A stretch of 64,000 nucleotides of DNA, taken from Candidatus Taylorbacteria bacterium RIFCSPLOWO2_01_FULL_48_100. Lineage in GTDB: Bacteria > Patescibacteriota > Minisyncoccia > Phycocordibacterales > UBA10002. Every line of letters begins with the position of its first letter. Position 1 is the stretch's first letter. Made by a program: the position numbers and the translations under genes. The DNA lies in assembly GCA_001821135.1 (NCBI GenBank), contig MHSA01000021.1:3956-67955 (forward strand). The letters are read 5' to 3'. This document shows positions 37,595 through 46,509 of this stretch, piece by piece. The notes beneath the pieces are model-generated. The model ran no database searches, was not told the DNA's origin, and saw nothing but the letters and a program-made list of their open reading frames with translations.

Positions 37595-39487
37595 CTACTT
37601 CCTCCCCCACCTGTTTTCGGACTCTTGTATGAGACGACCGATAACTGCCGCCGCTTTTTCGGCGGTGCCATTTTTACCGGTGATGAAGACGCGCCCATCG
37701 TCTTCAATATCAATCGCGCTTACCCCAGTCCTTTCTTTTATTTCATTAATCGTCTTGCCCCCGCTTCCGATAATCATTCCAATCTGCTCTTTTTTCACCT
37801 GTATAATCAAAATCTTCGGCGCAACGGGCGAAATATCTGCACGCGGCGCGGCGATTTCTTTTTCCATTACATCTAGAATCTTTTCCCGCGCCGCGCGCGC
37901 TTTTTCAAACGCTTCTGCAAGTATTGCAATCGGCACACCTTCTACTTTCACATCCATCTGCACCGCAGTTACGCCCGCGCGCGTGCCCGCAACTTTAAAA
38001 TCCATATCGCCGTGATGGTCTTCGGGGCCTTGAATGTCAGTGAGTATTTTATAATTTTTGTGGTCGCGCATCATCAACCCTGATGCAATTCCAGCAACGG
38101 GCGCAGAAATCGGCACTCCGCCGTCCAAGAGCGCGAGCGTTGCGCCGCACACGCTTCCCATTGAAGTAGAGCCGTTTGATGAAAACGCTTCAGATACGAG
38201 CCGTATCGTGTACGGAAACTTTTCTTGCGGAGGAATAACAGGCAAAAGCGCTTTTTCCGCCAAGGTCCCGTGGCCTATCATCCGGCGATTTTTACCTCCG
38301 AGCTTTCCCGTTTCTCCGTTAGAAAAAGGCGGAAAATTGTAATGATGTATGAAATGTTTTTTCTCTCCGTGATTTTCTATTCCATCAACCGTTTGCGAGT
38401 CCTTTGGTCCGCCCAGCGTCAAGACCGATAAAATATGCGTCCCGCCCCGGTAAAATGTCCCGGAGCCGTGCAGAATTTTAGAAAACCCGCCCGCTTGCGC
38501 GAAGAGAGGCCGCAGTTCGTCCATCCCCCTACCATCCGCGCGTTTTTCGTTTTCTATTGCTTCTGTGTGGAGAAGGTTGTTCACAGCATCCTCAAAATGC
38601 GCGCCCGCAAACGCGCCCGCATTTTTAATTTCCGCACATTTAGTTTTTACAAGATCAAGCCACTCGTTTTTTAAGTTGTTGATTGTTTCGTGTCCAGATT
38701 TTCCTGAAAACACCACTCCGTACATTTTCGGCGCGGTTTCTTTATTGAAAAGTTCTGCAATTTCTTTCGGCGATTCCGGAAACACAATCTTTTGTTTTTC
38801 TTTTCCAATTTCTTTTATTATTTTCTCCTGCCACGCCTGCAACTTCTTCATTTCTTTATTCGCTTCCTCAAGCGCGGCAATAATTGTTTTTTCAACAACT
38901 TCTCTGCCGCCGACCTCAATCATATTAATGCAATCATCTTTGCCGCACACAACAAGGTCAAGAAAGGCATGTTTCCTCGCGGAATAGATAGGATTTACCT
39001 CATAGGTCTTATCCTCACTTATTCCGATGCGCACTGCGGACACCGGTCCGTTCCACGGTATAGAAGAGGCGCTGAGCGCGAGCGAGGCGCCGATAACTCC
39101 CAAAATGTCAGGGTCGTTCTCTCCTAGCGCGAGAATTGTCGCTACTACTTGTATTTCGTTCCGAATGCGCTGGTCAAAGAGCGGGCGAATCGTACGGTCA
39201 ATAAGCCGTCCAGAAATAACCGCTTCATCAGCCGGCTTCCCTTCCCGTCGTACAAAACTGCTTCCGAGAATCTCCCCAACCGCATAAAACCGCTCCTCGT
39301 AATCAACGGTGAGCGGTAGATAATCCGTCCCTTTTTCTTCTTTTGAGATGACCGCAGTTACGAGCACTGCGGTGTCGCCACAGCGAATGAGTACCGACCC
39401 ACTCGCATTTTCCGCAAGGTCGCTAAACTCCGCGATAAGCATTTTCCCACCGACTTCAATAGAGTACTCCTTCTTCTGCATGCTCAC
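37595..39487 (-). CDS. pnp: Polyribonucleotide nucleotidyltransferase (PNPase), apparently lacking the C-terminal S1 domain
   Basis: 630 aa. Two RNase PH-like domains and a KH domain (…IGMIIGSGGKTINEIKERTGV…). The protein ends about 30 aa after the KH domain, so no S1 domain is encoded. Confidence 0.85.
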   Translation of the reverse strand: MSMQKKEYSIEVGGKMLIAEFSDLAENASGSVLIRCGDTAVLVTAVISKEEKGTDYLPLTVDYEERFYAVGEILGSSFVRREGKPADEAVISGRLIDRTIRPLFDQRIRNEIQVVATILALGENDPDILGVIGASLALSASSIPWNGPVSAVRIGISEDKTYEVNPIYSARKHAFLDLVVCGKDDCINMIEVGGREVVEKTIIAALEEANKEMKKLQAWQEKIIKEIGKEKQKIVFPESPKEIAELFNKETAPKMYGVVFSGKSGHETINNLKNEWLDLVKTKCAEIKNAGAFAGAHFEDAVNNLLHTEAIENEKRADGRGMDELRPLFAQAGGFSKILHGSGTFYRGGTHILSVLTLGGPKDSQTVDGIENHGEKKHFIHHYNFPPFSNGETGKLGGKNRRMIGHGTLAEKALLPVIPPQEKFPYTIRLVSEAFSSNGSTSMGSVCGATLALLDGGVPISAPVAGIASGLMMRDHKNYKILTDIQGPEDHHGDMDFKVAGTRAGVTAVQMDVKVEGVPIAILAEAFEKARAAREKILDVMEKEIAAPRADISPVAPKILIIQVKKEQIGMIIGSGGKTINEIKERTGVSAIDIEDDGRVFITGKNGTAEKAAAVIGRLIQESENRWGRK

Positions 39488-39501
39488 AGTGTAGCACCGT
39501 T

Positions 39502-40020
39502 TTATCTTTTCCCATACCCCATCAAGTATTTGCGCGGAGTGTCATCAAGGTCGGTAAACTCGTCCGCCGCCTCAATAAGTTTCGCAGAGGTTGATTTTCC
39601 AAACGCAACAATTTCCACCTGGCACCCCTCGTTTATTTTTAAGTATTCTACAAGCGGAATGAAGTCGCCGTCGCCGGAGAGAATAATCACGGCATCCACC
39701 TTCGGCGCAAGTTTCACTGCATCTATCGCAAGCCCGACATCCCAGTCCGCTTTTTTCGCGCCGCTTCCGAATATCTGCAAGGGCTTCGTCTTTGCCTCAA
39801 TGCCGACTTTTGCAAGTGCCTCAAAAAAACTTTTTTCTTCCCCGCTTTCGGTCGTAATCACATACGCAACCGCGCGTATAAGCGAGCGCCCCGCGAGCGC
39901 GTCCTTCACTACCTGCCCGAAGTTCACATTCGCGCGGTAGAGATTTTTCGCGCAATGGTATAAGTTTTGGGTATCAATAAATACCGCCACGCGCTGATTT
40001 TTGTGTTTTATAATACTCAC
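39502..40020 (-). CDS. NYN/LabA-like (PIN-like) domain protein
   Basis: …RVAVFIDTQNLYHCAKNLY…AVAYV…DWDVGLAIDAVKLA…DAVIILSGDGDFIPLV… matches the LabA/NYN pattern. Located between rpsO and pnp. Confidence 0.6.
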   Translation of the reverse strand: MSIIKHKNQRVAVFIDTQNLYHCAKNLYRANVNFGQVVKDALAGRSLIRAVAYVITTESGEEKSFFEALAKVGIEAKTKPLQIFGSGAKKADWDVGLAIDAVKLAPKVDAVIILSGDGDFIPLVEYLKINEGCQVEIVAFGKSTSAKLIEAADEFTDLDDTPRKYLMGYGKR

Positions 40021-40283
40021 TTTTTAAGTTCCAATTTGCGAACAATTCCATTATACCTCTTCGGATGCCTTTTTTGTAAATAGCGCAAGTGCGCTTGCCT
40101 GTCGGCAACCATACCAAGTAGTCCCCTGCGCGAGTGAGTATCTTTCTTATGTGTCTTGAGATGTCTCGTCAACTCTTCAATTCGGCGCGACAAAATTCCG
40201 ACCTGCACTTCCGCAGACCCTGTATCCTTCTCATGCATTCCGACTTCCTTGATAATACTTTGCTTTTTTCGCCTGGTTATCAT
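40017..40283 (-). CDS. rpsO: 30S ribosomal protein S15
   Basis: …KDTGSAEVQVGILSRRIEELTRHLKTHKKDTHSRRGLLGMVADRQAHLRYLQKRHPKRY… matches the uS15 signature. The start was moved to MITRRKK. Canonical rpsO-pnp arrangement. Confidence 0.8.
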   Translation of the reverse strand: MITRRKKQSIIKEVGMHEKDTGSAEVQVGILSRRIEELTRHLKTHKKDTHSRRGLLGMVADRQAHLRYLQKRHPKRYNGIVRKLELKK

Positions 40284-40392
40284 AGTAAATAGGAGTATAG
40301 CATAAGAATCTTTATTTTGCAACTGCCTGTGAATGTGGATATTAAAATTTCGTAAAGACCTCTTCCCTACAGCGCGATTCTGTGTTCTATTC

Positions 40393-40590
40393 TAAAGGAC
40401 ATTTCATAAAGGACATTTGCGAATGTCCTTTATGAATAATCAAATGTCCATTAGAAATGTCCTTTACGAATGTCCTTTATAACCACTTGAATGTCCTTTA
40501 GAAGTGTTTCCTTGTGCATTTTTAGGTGGTTTATCCACAGTTCGTGTCCTTTACACAAATGTCCTTTATAAATTAGAATGTCCTTTAGAC
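40393..40590. repeat. Iteron-like array of ~10 AATGTCCTTTA / TAAAGGACATT motifs (family R3) upstream of rpsO; includes one perfect DnaA-box 9-mer TTATCCACA at 40530-40538
   Basis: aaaggacatttcataaaggacatttgcgaatgtcctttatgaataatcaaatgtccattagaaatgtcctttacgaatgtcctttataaccacttgaatgtcctttag…gtgtcctttacacaaatgtcctttataaattagaatgtcctttag. Confidence 0.7.
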
Positions 40591-40900
40591 ACTTTTTAGT
40601 TCTTTGAAACCTTTTTCCAACACCAGCGCAGAACTTTTTGTTTTTATTGGTCTATCCTTCCGCGCTGATGTTACACGGGAAACATTTCCGGCTTTGCTAC
40701 CCAGAAAATATATTCTCACTAAAACTTCTTGGAATAGTATTTTTCTAGGCACTTCTGATTTTTGTTTCCCCATCTCCTTTACCCACCACATTTGTGTGGC
40801 GTATGGGTTCACCGCCTAGTCGCGGAGTGGTCGAAACACCCACTCAAAATGACTGGGCGGTTTTTATTGCCCCCACACTTGTTTCACATGTAACATGTGG

Positions 40901-42511
40901 CTATTTAACCCAGTATTTTCCACGGATTTCCTTGATTACCGTTTCTTCTATCTCAACTTTCCTTTCTTTGCCTTTTTTACCGAGGTTTTCAATTTCCTTA
41001 TCAGGGAGCGCTGCGAGTTCGGTAACCCTTTTTTCCAAGTATTCTTTCTTGTTTCTTAACGGATCTTCAAGCACCTCCTCAAGTAACGCATGTAAAATGA
41101 AACCAATTTTTGGGCTTGGTTGTAGTTTTGTAATTTCTATAATCTCTCCTCCTTTTATTTTCAACATTCCTACCGATATTGGGTCGTGCATCACCTCCTC
41201 TATGAGCGAATGGTATTTGCGAAGGCGATAAGGGCTTTCTTTTGGCCTGCCGGTTCCTATACGGTCGCATGTGCGCACATTCATTAAGTCCCAGATATTT
41301 TCCTTACCTACATTCATAAGAAGCCTCCGAACTGCTGATTGTGTTATAACCTCAGTATCGGAAAAAAACATATGCCAGCGCACTAATTTAGCAACTTTAT
41401 CAGTTAGTTTCACGGGAAACTTTAGCCGCTCAAGTATTTTTACCGCCGTTCTAGTTCCCACAACATCGTGTCCGTAAAAGGTCCAATCGTTCTTTTCTTC
41501 CGACCACCTGCGTGTCTCTGGCTTTGAGATGTCGTGTAACAATGCGGCAAGCCGCACTTCTATTGGAAATTCTTTTTTAGCGGAGTGTGCAACCGTTCTT
41601 AATAGGTGCTCTCCGACACCAAAAGAGTGCGCTTTGTTTTGTTTCACATGAAACGATTGCTCTAATTCAGGTATAAAATGCTGTAAAAGCCCTAGTTTGC
41701 TACACATAGTAATACCCTCCATCGGCCGCTCTGACATTACAATCTTTGTGAATTCATCGCGAATCCTTTCCGGTGCTATCTTCTTAAGGAGTTCGTTATT
41801 TTTGAATATTGCTTCAGATGTTTCATTTTCAATCATAAAACCAAGTTCTGATGCTATGCGTACGGCTCGTAAGAGGCGTAGTCCGTCTTCTGAGAAGCGT
41901 TCTATGGGGTTACCAACGGTTTTTACCACGCCTTTTTTGATATCTGACTGTCCTTTATATGGGTCAGTGATGTGTCCTTTATAAGTTTTATAATGTCCTT
42001 TAGAATTATAAAGGACATTTGTTTTGTTATAAACGACATTTGTATTTTCCAAATGTCCTTTATCATGTCCGTTAGAAATGTCCGTTAGAATGTCCTTTAT
42101 AACCTTGACTGTCGGTTCAATTTCTAGCGCAATAGCGTTTATGGTGAAGTCGCGGCGCTTAAGGTCGTCCTCAAGATTTTTACTGAAAGACACCGAGTCG
42201 GGTCGTCTGCTATCTGAATATACCCCTTCAAGCCGATATGGAGTTACTTCAACCACTTTAAGCGTAGGATCTTCTGAATTTGTAACAACACCAACCGTAC
42301 CGTACTCGTTTTCGTAAAAGCTTTCCTTGAAGATTCTTTGTATTTTTTCCGGCGTTGCGTTGGTGGTAATGTCCCAGTCGGACGGTTTCCTGCCTATAAG
42401 TAAATCTCGGACGCACCCACCAACCAAATGCGCTTCAAACCCCGCTTTCTCAAGGGTTTCTGAAACATCTGCAACTTGATTCGGAATCTCAAAAGTATTG
42501 TTTTTAATCAT
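40901..42511 (-). CDS. cca: CCA-adding tRNA nucleotidyltransferase with C-terminal HD domain; carries an in-frame insertion encoded by an R3 repeat array
   Basis: N-terminal …GGCVRDLLIGRKPSDWDITT… (polbeta NTase head) and …RDFTINAIA… motifs. A ~45-aa insert (…ISNGHDKGHLENTNVVYNKTNVLYNSKGHYKTYKGHITDPYKGQ…) maps exactly onto the AATGTCCTTTA array at 41947-42100. Confidence 0.75.
   Translation of the reverse strand: MIKNNTFEIPNQVADVSETLEKAGFEAHLVGGCVRDLLIGRKPSDWDITTNATPEKIQRIFKESFYENEYGTVGVVTNSEDPTLKVVEVTPYRLEGVYSDSRRPDSVSFSKNLEDDLKRRDFTINAIALEIEPTVKVIKDILTDISNGHDKGHLENTNVVYNKTNVLYNSKGHYKTYKGHITDPYKGQSDIKKGVVKTVGNPIERFSEDGLRLLRAVRIASELGFMIENETSEAIFKNNELLKKIAPERIRDEFTKIVMSERPMEGITMCSKLGLLQHFIPELEQSFHVKQNKAHSFGVGEHLLRTVAHSAKKEFPIEVRLAALLHDISKPETRRWSEEKNDWTFYGHDVVGTRTAVKILERLKFPVKLTDKVAKLVRWHMFFSDTEVITQSAVRRLLMNVGKENIWDLMNVRTCDRIGTGRPKESPYRLRKYHSLIEEVMHDPISVGMLKIKGGEIIEITKLQPSPKIGFILHALLEEVLEDPLRNKKEYLEKRVTELAALPDKEIENLGKKGKERKVEIEETVIKEIRGKYWVK
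41947..42100. repeat. R3 AATGTCCTTTA-motif array (~9 units) lying inside the cca coding sequence, in frame
   Basis: tgtcctttatatgggtcagtgatgtgtcctttataagttttataatgtcctttagaattataaaggacatttgttttgttataaacgacatttgtattttccaaatgtcctttatcatgtccgttagaaatgtccgttagaatgtcctttat. Confidence 0.7.
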
Positions 42512-42525
42512 GTAAGAAATTAAAA

Positions 42526-42596
42526 TGCGGGTACGGAGAATCGAACTCCGATCTCGTCCTTGGCAAGGACGCGTTCTGCCACTAAACCATACCCGC
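42526..42596 (-). tRNA. tRNA-Gly (anticodon GCC)
   Basis: The minus-strand sequence GCGGGTATGGTTTAGTGGCAGAACGCGTCCTTGCCAAGGACGAGATCGGAGTTCGATTCTCCGTACCCGCA folds as a cloverleaf, with anticodon loop CTTGCCAAG. Coordinates are approximate, within 2 nt. Confidence 0.75.
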
Positions 42597-42650
42597 GTTC
42601 ACGAAATAATAGCAGAAATATATACGGTGCGCTATGATTGAGTGTGCTGT

Positions 42651-42722
42651 GCGCCCGTGGTGAAATGGATATCACAACGGTCTTCGGAACCGTTGTTCCG
42701 GGTTCGAATCCTGGCGGGCGCG
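42651..42722 (+). tRNA. tRNA-Arg (anticodon TCG)
   Basis: GCGCCCGTGGTGAAATGGATATCACAACGGTCTTCGGAACCGTTGTTCCGGGTTCGAATCCTGGCGGGCGCG. Anticodon stem ACGGT/ACCGT with loop CTTCGGA. Confidence 0.7.
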
Positions 42723-42769
42723 TCCTATAGAATAGATGAAAATGTGGATAAGTCGGTGGATATGTGTAT

Positions 42770-42895
42770 AACGGACATTTGGTTTTATGTCAGTGTCCGA
42801 GAGGAAATGTTGAGAAATACGGATATTTTGTAAAAGACACTTCTTTTCTTAATAAAGGACATTTATGCCGAGAGGAAAAACAGGACATTTGCGAG
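42770..42895. repeat. R3 motif cluster (3 units) spanning the yraN start
   Basis: acggacattt…aataaaggacatttATGccgagaggaaaaacaggacatttgcg. Confidence 0.5.
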
Positions 42896-43281
42896 TGGGA
42901 AAGGTGGGGGAGGAGGTTGCGGCGAAATATCTGACGCAAAACGGCTTTGAGATAAAAGAGCGAAATTATTCTAAAAAATGGGGGGAATTGGATATTGTCG
43001 CGCTTAAGGACAAAAAACTGCATTTTGTGGAAGTGAAAACGGTTTCATGGGACAGTAGTGGGGAAGAGGCGGGTAGGCGAGTTAGTGAATATCGTCCGGA
43101 AGACAATATGCATCCGCAAAAGCTTAAACGGCTAGCGCGCGTTACGGAGTCGTATTTAGCAAGCAAACAGCGCGCGCAGGGTATGCCGTGGCAATTTGAT
43201 GTCGCCGCCGTGTTTTTAGATATTGAGGAAAGGCGGGCGAAAGTGAAAATGCTGTGGGACCTCATTCTGCCCGCCCGATAA
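42865..43281 (+). CDS. yraN: YraN-family (UPF0102) predicted endonuclease
   Basis: 138 aa. …GEEVAAKYLTQNGFEIKERNYSKKWGELDIVALKDKKLHFVEVKT… matches the YraN/UPF0102 pattern. Confidence 0.65.
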   Translation: MPRGKTGHLRVGKVGEEVAAKYLTQNGFEIKERNYSKKWGELDIVALKDKKLHFVEVKTVSWDSSGEEAGRRVSEYRPEDNMHPQKLKRLARVTESYLASKQRAQGMPWQFDVAAVFLDIEERRAKVKMLWDLILPAR

Positions 43282-43302
43282 ATCGTGCTATGATGCGCGA
43301 AA

Positions 43303-43373
43303 CGGGGCGTAGTATAGTGGCAGTATATACGCTTTGGGAGCGTACGGTCCGGGTTCGATTCCCGGCGCCCCGA
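43303..43373 (+). tRNA. tRNA-Pro (anticodon TGG)
   Basis: CGGGGCGTAGTATAGTGGCAGTATATACGCTTTGGGAGCGTACGGTCCGGGTTCGATTCCCGGCGCCCCGA. Anticodon stem TACGC/GCGTA with loop TTTGGGA. Ends approximate. Confidence 0.7.
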
Positions 43374-43417
43374 ATTAAAAAAGACACGCGCTGTGGAGCG
43401 TGTGTCGTGTTAGTTCT

Positions 43418-44014
43418 CTAGAATTGCAGGAGCAGTTGTCGCCGTGGACGCCACTTGAAGAATATCTCGCGTCCATGTCCTTCTAGTTCCCGATAGCCGT
43501 ATTTGTGAAAAAGTTGTCTTTCAATAGTGCATTCAAAGAGGTATCGGTTGTATTGCGCTTTGATGCCCGGCCACTTCTCGGATGGTACAGGGTCGCGGCG
43601 CTCTACACCTAAGCATTCCGACAAATGGTAGAGTGTTGGGTCGCAGAAGTTGAGTTCTTCCGCAAGGCAACGCATAGCACCCTCGCGCGGTGCCTCATCA
43701 CGCTTTAAGGTCTCCGCAATTCCGTTGAAGTTCCTGCGACGCAATACTGTACCGTTAGAAGATGTCTGTCTGTCCTCATACAATTCAAGCCACTCTCTCT
43801 TGAATTTATGGATAACAATTACGATTGCGGCGTGTACTTCAACAACAAGGTCGTTGTTTTCGCCGTCGCGTAGGAAGAACTTATCCTCAGTTGCATAGCG
43901 CACGAAATCCTCAAGTGACCGATGTTTTCCCGTGCCCCATTTCTGGAGCGGGACGCTGTGTCGTTTTAAAATCTCCAGTATTTCTCGGTTTTCAAGAATT
44001 ATTGGGGTTTTCAT
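43418..44014 (-). CDS. Hypothetical 198-aa protein
   Basis: Clean ORF with no TM. I tested a NUDIX-box fit (…GIAETLKRDEAPREGAMRCLAEELNF) and found it imperfect. Left unassigned. Confidence 0.35.
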   Translation of the reverse strand: MKTPIILENREILEILKRHSVPLQKWGTGKHRSLEDFVRYATEDKFFLRDGENNDLVVEVHAAIVIVIHKFKREWLELYEDRQTSSNGTVLRRRNFNGIAETLKRDEAPREGAMRCLAEELNFCDPTLYHLSECLGVERRDPVPSEKWPGIKAQYNRYLFECTIERQLFHKYGYRELEGHGREIFFKWRPRRQLLLQF

Positions 44015-44123
44015 TTTCCCCTCCTTTCTGTTTTGTCTATCCTATTTATAACTCATTTCTCAATTTTTCGCAAAAATGCTCTGCCTTTTAAAAGTAGTTT
44101 ATAACTACGATCGTATCTATAAA

Positions 44124-44921
44124 CTACTTGTGCAGTTCCGCATCCAGCCGCTTCGCCTCCGCCCACGCAAGTTCATAAATCTTTTTCATCGCATCGGCAA
44201 TCTCCGCGCTTTCAATAATCACACCGAGTTTTTCTTTCCAAGAGGCAATCATCACCTTGTTGTCGTAGATGTTAATTTCAGGAGAAAAATAATATTTATC
44301 GGGCGACACAAACGCAATCTCGCGTTTTTCTTCCACATCATGCGCTCCGCGCTCAATGCCGATGGGCGTTTTCGGAACAATCGCGCGAATCGCGATTCCT
44401 TTTCCAGCCCGCCGTTTATAGTAAGCAGGGAAGTAGTTAGGGAGTCCCTTGTGCATATCGTCTACATTCGCGTATGCGCGTATCGGTTCAGTGGACGAGA
44501 GCGTGTCTTCATAGACATTCTTCAACCCATCCGCGCCTTCATAAAACTTGATGCGCGGGCGGTTTTGCGTCGTCGCTATCGCACGAAGTTCAGGGAGAAG
44601 CGTTTCTGCTTTGCTTATCCGCTCCTCTGCTGTTCCAACTTCTTTTTTCAAATACACAACCACCGCTTCCGGCGGCTCCGCCGCATATTCTGATTTCGGC
44701 TCTTTGCCTGAGATATTGACCAACCCCTTGTTCACCAAAGAATCCAAAATATCGTAGCCAGTTGTGCGGTTGAGTCCTGCCTTGCGCGCAATCTGCGCGA
44801 CCGTCCCGCGACCCATTTCAAGGAGCGCGATATATACACCCGCTTCTTTTTCTCCAAGACCAAGTCCTTGCAAAGTGAGCGATAGTTGTTCGTTCTTCAT
44901 AACGCCATCATACACCCCCAC
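44124..44921 (-). CDS. TrmB-family transcriptional regulator (N-terminal wHTH)
   Basis: N-terminus …LTLQGLGLGEKEAGVYIALLEMGRGTVAQIARKAGLNRTTGYDILDSLVNKGLV… is a TrmB-type winged HTH. C-terminal effector-like domain. Confidence 0.55.
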   Translation of the reverse strand: MGVYDGVMKNEQLSLTLQGLGLGEKEAGVYIALLEMGRGTVAQIARKAGLNRTTGYDILDSLVNKGLVNISGKEPKSEYAAEPPEAVVVYLKKEVGTAEERISKAETLLPELRAIATTQNRPRIKFYEGADGLKNVYEDTLSSTEPIRAYANVDDMHKGLPNYFPAYYKRRAGKGIAIRAIVPKTPIGIERGAHDVEEKREIAFVSPDKYYFSPEINIYDNKVMIASWKEKLGVIIESAEIADAMKKIYELAWAEAKRLDAELHK

Positions 44922-45707
44922 TATTCTGTGTCAATTTCTTTCCACAGAAATATGTTGATAGCACAGAATATATCGGTATATATGCATTTCTCTCTTATTC
45001 CAATGACGAAAAGCATTGACAATATCTATCCACTATGCTATACTTAACGCAGGAAAGATACGGTAAGTTCTTTGAGATGCTTGCGAGAAGTCATAAGCAA
45101 AACATCTTCAACGGATGAATAGTGTGCAGGTGAAAGCCCGCTTACTACTCATCTGTTGAGTGAGGCATGTGCCATTCTGAATCGGCTTGAAAACCCGAAC
45201 AGGATTGAGAAGCGCAGATCCGCATTTCTCTTCACAAAATGGATGACACAACTTATGACTACTACTACCCAAAATACTTTTTCCACTCCAATAATAATCC
45301 GCATTCACTGCCACGCCTCGGTTGTTTCTTACGACCACAGCTGGAACCGTGACTGCGGAATGGACGAACGGCGTGAGCGATGGGAGACGGGCTTTGTGCA
45401 AAACGGTCGGATGGTGAATATCGTGGAATTTGACACTGACGACCCAGACTGGAACAAAGGAGCGGCTGAAACGGTCGCTATGCGCAGGGCACTCGCTCTG
45501 GAACAATCGGGAAAACTTGTTGATCTGGAGTTCACCCGAAGCAAGTGGTAGATATGCAAGTTTCGGAGAGTTTACACTACAAAACTCTCCTCTGTACCGA
45601 GATGTGTGTCTCGGCTGATGATTCCGAAAGGATGAAACAGGTGTTCTTTGAAAACCTGCTTGCGAACCAAACAATCACAACAAACCGAAACGAAAGGAAA
45701 AGAAAGA

Positions 45708-46424
45708 ATGAACTCACAAATGGCTAAAATATATTCTGCACTACGGTATATGCTCACGCCGCAAGAGGGTGGGAATGTGCTAACCAGTTCCGCTGAAGAT
45801 CTTATTAAAGATCTCAAACCGGGACCGGAAATCATATCTTACCAAGGCAATCTACAGGCTGCCTCCACTGCTGTTCTGGAAACTGAATGTGTATCGCAGG
45901 AACTCATCGATCTGGTACTTGAAAAGTATTTTGATGCGATAGGTGGATACACTTCCGAATCACCCGTCATTTGCGGTACGAAATATTCCGAGGCGGATAG
46001 GCATCGTATGTTGGTGTATGGAATGTCTCGTCACGGAGTTGTAGAGCGGTTGTGGCTGTGCCGTCAGTTTGAATGGATCAAGAAATTCAGCAAATGGGTC
46101 TATGACGAAGATGAAAGACACGGGCGTCATACCGATGGGAGTGCAAATCTTGCGTACCTTTTTGCGAAATACGCAGACTGGGATCAAAGACCACAGGACT
46201 TCCATGTAACGAGGTTTGTCAAATCAAATCTCAACAAGAAGAACTGCCACTGCGAGTACCACTGGCCGGAAATTAAGAGGATCGAACATGGCGTGTTTAA
46301 ATCCAAGACATGCTTCAAGCAGTGGGCAAATGAGAATGGTCTTAATATCACCCCTGTTAATCCTCACAACCCCGCGGCCTGTCTCTGGGACTTGCCAAAA
46401 AATCTGGTACCAAAACGGCAGTAG
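45708..46424 (+). CDS. Hypothetical 238-aa Cys/Trp-rich protein (start uncertain; the track ORF begins at 45648)
   Basis: No recognised family. Followed by the hairpin ccccgcacagaaatgcgcgggg+ttttgtt at 46463-46494. The surrounding ~1.5 kb (45.1-46.4 kb) has ambiguous coding on both strands. Confidence 0.3.
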   Translation: MNSQMAKIYSALRYMLTPQEGGNVLTSSAEDLIKDLKPGPEIISYQGNLQAASTAVLETECVSQELIDLVLEKYFDAIGGYTSESPVICGTKYSEADRHRMLVYGMSRHGVVERLWLCRQFEWIKKFSKWVYDEDERHGRHTDGSANLAYLFAKYADWDQRPQDFHVTRFVKSNLNKKNCHCEYHWPEIKRIEHGVFKSKTCFKQWANENGLNITPVNPHNPAACLWDLPKNLVPKRQ

Positions 46425-46509
46425 GTCTGCCAAAGGAAAAGGAGTTTATTGTAAAAACTCCCAACCCCGCACAGAAATGCGCGGGGTTTTGTTATGGTAC
46501 AATTTTCGC

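Noticed and set aside
40530-40538. Perfect DnaA box TTATCCACA inside the R3 array, as evidence of a second or plasmid-type origin
   Set aside because: A single 9-mer is expected roughly 0.5 times by chance in 64 kb on two strands. No Rep gene or AT-rich unwinding element is adjacent. The canonical oriC is already present at 5.2-5.4 kb.
43418-44014. NUDIX hydrolase assignment for the 198-aa protein
   Set aside because: The candidate box (…GIAETLKRDEAPREGAMRCLAEELNF) does not fit GX5EX7REUXEEXGU without several mismatches. Left as hypothetical.
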